IMG/VR virus record: IMGVR_UViG_2534681978_000024
Origin: a virus
Taxonomy: Duplodnaviria; Heunggongvirae; Uroviricota; Caudoviricetes
Length of the DNA: 4,302 nt
Reading direction: 5' to 3' (one strand)
In this document: one piece after another, positions 1 through 4,302 of the stretch
Position numbering within the stretch: the first letter of the stretch is position 1
Layout of the letters: every line of letters starts with the position of its first letter
Position numbers and translations under genes: made by a program
The notes under the pieces: model-generated
Told to the model about the DNA's origin: nothing
Seen by the model: the letters and a program-made list of their open reading frames with translations, nothing else
Database searches by the model: none

Positions 1-38
1 GTATTTCGAGAAGGGGCTTGCAAGCTGAGTTAACAGAA

Positions 39-1097
39 ATGAAAACGGGGCTGGTGCTGTCCGGCGGCGGGGCGGTGGGCGCTTATCAGGCGGGAGTGGT
101 TAAGGCACTGGCAGAGTGTGGGGCACAGATCAGTATGGTTTCAGGGGCCAGTATCGGGGCTCTCAATGGTGCCATTATCGCGGCTTCTCCCGATTTGTCA
201 GAAGCTGCCGCACGCCTGGAGGCGCTCTGGGAGCATCTGGGGAATAATCAGGTGCTGTCGGTAAACCGATCGGTTTACTTTTCATTGCTGAAAAAATTGT
301 TCCAGGCAATGAACCTCTGCCAGATCCCCGGACGTGCAGGAGTACTGCTTACGACGCTTTTTCGCCATATATCGACAATCAACGGGTTCGAAAATCTGAT
401 GACTCAGCCGTTGTTGTCAGATGAGCCCCTGACAGCGCTGATGGATCATTATCTTGATACTGATGCTCTGGCAGACGGGCTACCGCTGTATGTGTCGCTG
501 TACCCCACAGAAGGAGGCATGCAGGATATTATTGACTGCATTCGTGCTGAACTGGGTGCCGGAACCACGAAAAACGCCGTTTTTCAGCATATCCAGAGCC
601 TGCCCCGCGGACAGCAGAAAGAGGCTCTGCTTGCGTCAGCCGCACTGCCCCTGCTGTTCCGTCCCCGTGAAGTTCAGGGAAAAATGTACGGTGATGGTGG
701 TATGGGAGGATGGCGAAATATGCAGGGAAATACCCCTGTAACGCCTCTGGTCGATGCCGGATGCAATATGGTGATTGTGACACATCTGAGTGACGGTTCT
801 TTATGGGATCGCCAGGCTTTTCCGGACACCACAATCCTTGAGATCCGTCCCCGGAAAAGACTGAAACATGCAGGTGATGGTGGCAACAGCGGCGGTCTGC
901 TCAGTTTTACATCGGCACATACCGACGCCTGGCGTCAGCAGGGCTATGAAGACACGATGCTGACGATGGAGCATATCCGGAAACCGCTGGCAGCACGTCA
1001 GGCACTGACCCGGTCAGAAACGGTGTTGCAGAAAAGTCTGGAGAAAACGGAAGAGGCAGATTCGGCACTGAGAAACGCGATGGCCCGACTTAAATAA
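39..1097 (+). CDS. Patatin-like phospholipase (serine lipid hydrolase, patatin/PNPLA family); start taken as ATG at 39, the ORF track starts at TTG 18 and the frame is open to the window edge
   Basis: Seen in translation: glycine-rich oxyanion loop GLVLSGGGAVGAYQAG close to the N-terminus, nucleophile elbow G-A-S-I-G (GxSxG, Ser codon agt at 150-152), and catalytic Asp in YGDGG (gat at 693-695). This trio is the established signature of the patatin Ser-Asp dyad fold. Single long ORF of 359 codons, with a roughly 100-residue C-terminal region lacking recognisable motifs. No strong Shine-Dalgarno before either candidate start. Confidence 0.85.
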   Translation: MKTGLVLSGGGAVGAYQAGVVKALAECGAQISMVSGASIGALNGAIIAASPDLSEAAARLEALWEHLGNNQVLSVNRSVYFSLLKKLFQAMNLCQIPGRAGVLLTTLFRHISTINGFENLMTQPLLSDEPLTALMDHYLDTDALADGLPLYVSLYPTEGGMQDIIDCIRAELGAGTTKNAVFQHIQSLPRGQQKEALLASAALPLLFRPREVQGKMYGDGGMGGWRNMQGNTPVTPLVDAGCNMVIVTHLSDGSLWDRQAFPDTTILEIRPRKRLKHAGDGGNSGGLLSFTSAHTDAWRQQGYEDTMLTMEHIRKPLAARQALTRSETVLQKSLEKTEEADSALRNAMARLK

Positions 1098-1113
1098 AGA
1101 CGCTCCGGAGAAA

Positions 1114-1139
1114 CGCCACCGCCTGTGGTGGTGTTTTTC
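1114..1139 (+). terminator. Weak candidate intrinsic terminator downstream of the phospholipase gene
   Basis: Short imperfect GC stem (gccacc ... ggtggt, about 5-6 bp) followed by a T5 run at 1135-1139, 17 nt after the stop codon at 1095-1097. The stem is short, so this is tentative. Confidence 0.35.
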
Positions 1140-1148
1140 TGGCTGGTG

Positions 1149-1160
1149 TTATTGAAAATA
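1149..1160. repeat. Left copy of an 11/12-identical direct repeat (ttattgaaaata) at the left edge of the AT-rich cassette
   Basis: ttattgaaaata at 1149-1160 versus ttactgaaaata at 3116-3127. Each copy sits immediately after a terminator T-run and at the point where base composition switches between GC-rich and AT-rich. Confidence 0.4.
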
Positions 1161-1225
1161 TTTTCAGATATATATTACCTGGACGATGGTTAAGATTAAT
1201 TTATTTAATTTTGGAGAGAAAACTC

Positions 1226-1684
1226 ATGAAACTGTTAAACATTCTTTTATCTGTTGTTTTAACTGTAAGTGCAACCGTCGCACAAGCAGAATCGGCATTG
1301 TGGAAGCGTAACAGTGTTGCCGGAACTGATATGTTCAGTATTGGTAATGTTTCTATTAACTGCACGACTAATCCAGAAGACAACAATTTGCTACCGCACT
1401 ATGTGTGGATTTACGGTCATACCCCCACCCCGCTAAATCAGTACGATTCTGATATCATTTTTATCATCAACGGTAAAGAGTATCCGGTCCCACCTGTCGA
1501 CGGAACACGAATGAATGAGAACAAATGGGTACACTTTATCGATGCTATCGGTGAAGCCACGAAGTTCGACGTTTTAGTAAACGGTAAGAAAGTCGACAGC
1601 TATACCACAAATATCAAAAATGTGAAAAAGACTTTGGGTAACAAATTCTACGGCAGTTGCTGGAGCACCTGGTTCCAGGAATAA
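1226..1684 (+). CDS. Hypothetical small secreted/periplasmic protein (about 152 aa precursor with N-terminal Sec-type signal peptide)
   Basis: ATG at 1226 preceded by Shine-Dalgarno GGAGAG (1213-1218, 7-nt spacer); the ORF track begins upstream at TTG 1211, but ATG 1226 with this RBS is the likelier start. N-terminus MKLLNILLSVVLTVSATVAQA-E has a positively charged n-region, hydrophobic core and AxA cleavage motif. Mature part about 131 aa with two Cys. AT-rich codon usage. No family recognised. Confidence 0.75.
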   Translation: MKLLNILLSVVLTVSATVAQAESALWKRNSVAGTDMFSIGNVSINCTTNPEDNNLLPHYVWIYGHTPTPLNQYDSDIIFIINGKEYPVPPVDGTRMNENKWVHFIDAIGEATKFDVLVNGKKVDSYTTNIKNVKKTLGNKFYGSCWSTWFQE

Positions 1685-1809
1685 TTGATAACGTGGTGTA
1701 AAACACCTCAGTTTAATTTAATACAGTGAGTGAAAATGAATATCATAAAAATATTTTCTGCTTCAGATGTCACATATTTTATTAACTGAATGATTAACAG
1801 GAGAATCAG

Positions 1810-2349
1810 ATGAACTGGCATTATGAAAAAAATGGTGTACGTTATGATAACGTAACAGAGGAAGATATTATTGAACGTATCCGCCGTGGTGAACTGAATG
1901 CATCAACACTGGTGTGGCAACAGGGCATGCTGGAATGGCAGCCAGTTTCAGCCACATCACTGGCGGAAATACTGAAACAAAGTGAAGTTCCTCCGGCCCT
2001 TCCGGGTCACCGCATTCCCGGAGGCGTTGTCTGGACGCTGGCATTTGCCCCTTTGATTGGATACATACTTGAGATGTGGACTGCCGGGCTGAACGGTATG
2101 TCATTTGAACGGGCTTATGATGCAGTCAGCGAAGGCCAGTACTGGTTTATCTCTCTGATTCTGAATATTGCTCTGGGATATCTGGATGAACGAAAACTCC
2201 GTAAATCTGGCGTGGATACCACAGCATTTGGCTGGCTGGCATGGTTGATCCCGGTTTATCTGTGGCGTCGGGCAAAAATCCTCGGGCAAAAACCTGCTTA
2301 TTTCTGGGTCTGGTTGGTTATGCTGATACTGGTGTTATTTACGGTCTGA
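1810..2349 (+). CDS. Membrane protein: N-terminal GYF-like (DUF4339-type) soluble domain fused to about four predicted transmembrane helices
   Basis: ATG at 1810 with Shine-Dalgarno AGGAG (1799-1803, 6-nt spacer). N-terminal roughly 50 aa (NWHYEKNGVRYDNVTEEDIIERIRRGELNASTLVWQQGMLEWQPVS) match my recollection of the bacterial GYF-like/DUF4339 consensus (W-x-Y ... NG ... TLVW-x-x-GM-x-x-W-x-P). C-terminal half has four hydrophobic stretches (VVWTLAFAPLIGYILEMW, YWFISLILNIALGYL, AFGWLAWLIPVYLW, AYFWVWLVMLILVLFTV) separated by charged loops. Confidence 0.8.
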   Translation: MNWHYEKNGVRYDNVTEEDIIERIRRGELNASTLVWQQGMLEWQPVSATSLAEILKQSEVPPALPGHRIPGGVVWTLAFAPLIGYILEMWTAGLNGMSFERAYDAVSEGQYWFISLILNIALGYLDERKLRKSGVDTTAFGWLAWLIPVYLWRRAKILGQKPAYFWVWLVMLILVLFTV

Positions 2350-2455
2350 TATTCTTTATCGCAGAGTTTACTAAATAATCAGGTTATTAGTGTTCTTAAC
2401 AGGTAAATGATGTTCATCATGGAACGGATATATTTTATTTGATTCAGGAGACAGT

Positions 2456-2604
2456 CAGAAACATAGTATAAATATATCGCCATGTTGAAGGTCATATCTT
2501 CAGGTATTTGTTTAATAAACAAGTCGGGGGTTAATCCTGACCTCTCGAGTGGATTATAAGTATTGCAGAAACAGTTTTTATACTTTTATTTAATATCAGA
2601 AACA
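2456..2604 (+). repeat. Three direct copies of the octamer CAGAAACA in the intergenic region upstream of the 2619 gene (candidate regulator-binding repeats)
   Basis: CAGAAACA at 2456-2463, 2566-2573 and 2597-2604, the last copy abutting the Shine-Dalgarno of the downstream gene. Seen directly in sequence; significance not computed. Confidence 0.3.
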
Positions 2605-2618
2605 ATGGAGTAATTATC

Positions 2619-3032
2619 ATGAAAAATATCATCACTATTTTAATGATTGCAGTTATCAGTTTCTTTACTGCTAATGTATCAGCAAACAATGCCGTTCCTT
2701 TACCAACCAACCTGACTGATGTTACTGACGGTACAGAATTCTGGTGTCAGGGTACTGATACTATCGACGGAGGTTGTGAATACCTGGGCACATCCAAAGA
2801 CATGCAATACGGTCTGGTACACGCCATGGGGGGTACAGCGTGCTGGGATGGTTTATACGGCGTAATTAATTTCTATACCGGTAAAGCCCAGACCATCAAA
2901 TACAACAACAATCAAAGTTGTGAAGGCAACATCACCGCCAGTTTCGTTACCCTGAAAAACGGTAAACCGGGCGTTAAACTTTACGACAATACGATTCATA
3001 AGGTTGTCGGGCTTGACGAAATCAAATTTTAA
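2619..3032 (+). CDS. Hypothetical small secreted protein with four cysteines (137 aa precursor, Sec-type signal peptide)
   Basis: ATG at 2619 with Shine-Dalgarno GGAG (2607-2610, 8-nt spacer). N-terminus MKNIITILMIAVISFFTANVSA-NN has a typical signal peptide with VSA cleavage motif. Mature part about 115 aa with four Cys (two possible disulfides). Followed by a strong intrinsic terminator. No family recognised. Confidence 0.8.
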   Translation: MKNIITILMIAVISFFTANVSANNAVPLPTNLTDVTDGTEFWCQGTDTIDGGCEYLGTSKDMQYGLVHAMGGTACWDGLYGVINFYTGKAQTIKYNNNQSCEGNITASFVTLKNGKPGVKLYDNTIHKVVGLDEIKF

Positions 3033-3082
3033 TGTATGAATTATAGTATCTTATCTGCGCGTTATTAATATCAAATGTAAAT

Positions 3083-3117
3083 AAAGCCCCGGCCATTATG
3101 GCAGGGGCTTTATTTTT
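3083..3117 (+). terminator. Rho-independent terminator for the 2619-3032 gene and the AT-rich cassette
   Basis: Hairpin aaagccccggcc / attat loop / ggcaggggcttt: an 11-bp stem with one G-A mismatch (3083-3094 pairing with 3100-3111), followed by a-ttttt (3112-3117), about 50 nt after the stop codon. Confidence 0.75.
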
Positions 3118-3127
3118 ACTGAAAATA
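3116..3127. repeat. Right copy of the 11/12-identical direct repeat (ttactgaaaata) at the right edge of the AT-rich cassette
   Basis: See left copy at 1149-1160. Located at the transition from AT-rich back to GC-richer sequence, overlapping the end of the terminator T-run. Confidence 0.4.
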
Positions 3128-3375
3128 CATGACGGGCTGTACATTACTTTTATTTTCCGAAGACCCTTTCTCACGCAAACAGACAGTTGCTGTCATAACA
3201 GCTTACCGCAATGTGTTTATCCAGGAATGCATTTCCGGCGGATTATCCGCAACGCGGAAGGTCAGCGACGCTGGCGCTGCCGGAATTCTGAACCCGATGT
3301 AGGCAAATAACTTAATGCGTGGCTCACCAGTGAAGGGCTTCCCGGACAATAAACCTCATTCATTTCACCCATCAG

Positions 3376-3406
3376 GCCGCGTCTTCTCCGGGAGACGCGG
3401 CTTTTT
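3376..3406 (+). terminator. Orphan strong terminator-like hairpin with no obvious upstream CDS (possible sRNA 3-prime end, or terminator of a decayed gene)
   Basis: Perfect 9-bp GC-rich stem gccgcgtct (3376-3384) pairing with agacgcggc (3393-3401), 8-nt loop, immediately followed by T5 (3402-3406). + strand orientation (T-run follows the stem; no A-run precedes it). Confidence 0.55.
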
Positions 3407-3442
3407 CATTTATACCGCTTAATCATTCATAAGGAGCAGATA

Positions 3443-4261
3443 ATGCGATTAGCAAGTCGTTTTGGTTATGCGAACCAGATACGCCGTGACCGTCCGCTGA
3501 CACATGAAGAGCTGATGCACTATGTACCCGGTATTTTTGGGGAAGACCGGCATACCTCCCGCAGTGAACGCTATACGTATATCCCCACCATCACCGTGCT
3601 GGAAAGTCTGCAGCGGGAGGGCTTTCAGCCCTTCTTCGCCTGTCAGACCCGCGTACGTGACCCGGGCCGCCGGGAATACACCAAACACATGCTGCGTCTG
3701 CGGCGGGCCGGAGAGATAAACGGAGAACATGTCCCTGAAATCATTCTGCTCAACTCCCATGACGGTACCTCCAGCTACCAGATGCTGCCGGGTTACTTCA
3801 GATTCGTCTGCCAGAACGGCTGCGTCTGCGGTCAGTCTCTGGGAGAAGTGCGTGTTCCGCACCGGGGAAACGTGGTGGACAGGGTCATCGAAGGGGCTTA
3901 CGAAGTGGTGGGCGTTTTTGACCGGATTGAGGAAAAGCGTGATGCCATGCAGTCGCTGGTCCTGCCGCCACCGGCACGCCAGGCGCTGGCACAGGCGGCA
4001 CTGACTTACCGTTATGGTGACGAACATCAGCCCGTCACCACCACTGACATTCTGACGCCACGACGCCGGGAGGATTACGGTAAGGACCTGTGGAGTGCTT
4101 ATCAGACCATCCAGGAAAATATGCTGAAAGGCGGGATTTCCGGTCGCAGCGCTAAAGGAAAACGTATCCACACCCGTGCCATTCACAGCATCGACACGGA
4201 CATTAAGCTCAATCGCGCATTGTGGGTGATGGCAGAAACGCTGCTGGAGGGTATGCGCTGA
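3443..4261 (+). CDS. DUF932-family protein (YfjQ/YafZ-like, conserved in CP4-type prophage and integrative-element cargo regions)
   Basis: ATG at 3443 with strong Shine-Dalgarno AAGGAG (3431-3436, 6-nt spacer). 272-aa ORF beginning MRLASRFGYANQIRRDRPLTHEEL, which I recognise from memory as resembling the E. coli YfjQ/YafZ DUF932 family (not database-verified). Stop TGA at 4259-4261 overlaps a downstream ATG (4261-4263). Confidence 0.8.
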   Translation: MRLASRFGYANQIRRDRPLTHEELMHYVPGIFGEDRHTSRSERYTYIPTITVLESLQREGFQPFFACQTRVRDPGRREYTKHMLRLRRAGEINGEHVPEIILLNSHDGTSSYQMLPGYFRFVCQNGCVCGQSLGEVRVPHRGNVVDRVIEGAYEVVGVFDRIEEKRDAMQSLVLPPPARQALAQAALTYRYGDEHQPVTTTDILTPRRREDYGKDLWSAYQTIQENMLKGGISGRSAKGKRIHTRAIHSIDTDIKLNRALWVMAETLLEGMR

Positions 4262-4302
4262 TGCCTTTCCCTGAAGCGCAGTTCTGACTCATGTCCGTCC
4301 TG

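Noticed and set aside
529-886. Minus-strand ORFs 529-834 and 674-886, and the + strand alternative-frame ORF 454-741, all inside the phospholipase gene
   Set aside because: They overlap a + strand gene that has clear catalytic motifs. They have no ribosome-binding sites, and their translations are low-complexity and Arg/Pro/Cys-rich, as expected for off-frame reading of GC-rich coding DNA.
18-1097. Possibility that the phospholipase is a CBASS CapV effector or the E. coli housekeeping patatin YjjU
   Set aside because: No cyclase/nucleotidyltransferase gene or other CBASS component is present in the window. The neighbourhood (foreign AT-rich cassette, DUF932 gene) does not match the yjjU locus as I remember it. 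It is kept only as a generic patatin-like phospholipase.
1152-1200. Sigma70 promoter for the cassette (TTGAAA at 1152-1157 with downstream TA-rich hexamers)
   Set aside because: Candidate -10 hexamers (tatata/tatatt around 1169-1176) give a spacer of only 11-13 nt, and AT-rich DNA offers many chance matches. A promoter probably exists here but cannot be positioned reliably by eye.
1685-1809. Small hairpin ggtgt-aaa-acacc (about 1695-1707) as a terminator for the 1226-1684 gene
   Set aside because: The stem is only 5 bp and is not followed by a T-run, which is too weak to call. The three cassette genes may be co-transcribed or have separate promoters in the AT-rich spacers.
1201-2289. Minus-strand ORFs 1201-1386, 1868-2104 and 2101-2289
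   Set aside because: They overlap the well-supported + strand genes at 1226-1684 and 1810-2349, are short (61-78 aa), lack start signals and have implausible composition.
3098-3310. 70-aa + strand ORF in the spacer before the DUF932 gene
   Set aside because: Its ATG lies inside the loop of the 3083-3117 terminator hairpin, there is no Shine-Dalgarno, and the product is Arg/Cys-rich. It is more likely non-coding or a decayed remnant, and is covered under the spacer finding.
3449-4186. 245-aa minus-strand ORF antisense to the DUF932 gene, plus + strand off-frame ORFs 3522-3719 and 3729-4004
   Set aside because: They lie entirely within the DUF932 CDS, which has a strong Shine-Dalgarno and a recognisable family. 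Long antisense or off-frame ORFs are a common artefact of GC-rich genes, and none has a ribosome-binding site.
1-4302. CRISPR arrays, tRNA/rRNA genes, transposase or integrase genes, and long inverted repeats
   Set aside because: No regularly spaced direct repeats, no cloverleaf-compatible conserved tRNA segments, and no ORF resembling a transposase or recombinase were found on either strand.

Overview
The window is a mosaic of cargo from what looks like an enterobacterial integrative element, with every supported gene on the + strand. It contains: (1) a GC-rich gene for a patatin-like phospholipase with intact catalytic motifs (about 39-1097); (2) a roughly 2-kb AT-rich cassette (about 1149-3127) of three independently translated genes - a small signal-peptide protein (1226-1684), a membrane protein with an N-terminal GYF-like/DUF4339-type domain fused to about four transmembrane helices (1810-2349), and a second small signal-peptide protein with four cysteines (2619-3032), closed by a clear intrinsic terminator; (3) a roughly 320-bp GC-richer stretch with no convincing gene that ends in a second strong terminator-like hairpin (3376-3406); (4) a DUF932-family gene (YfjQ/YafZ-like, 3443-4261), typical of CP4-type prophage or island cargo regions in Enterobacteriaceae. 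No rRNA, tRNA, CRISPR array or transposase was seen. The most interesting signals are the compositionally foreign three-gene secreted/membrane cassette, bounded by a near-identical 12-mer at both edges, and the stand-alone patatin-like phospholipase beside it. Both are candidate parts of an uncharacterised accessory system (defence or toxin-like), but no function can be assigned from sequence alone. All composition statements are by eye, not computed, and all family assignments rest on recognised motifs rather than database searches.
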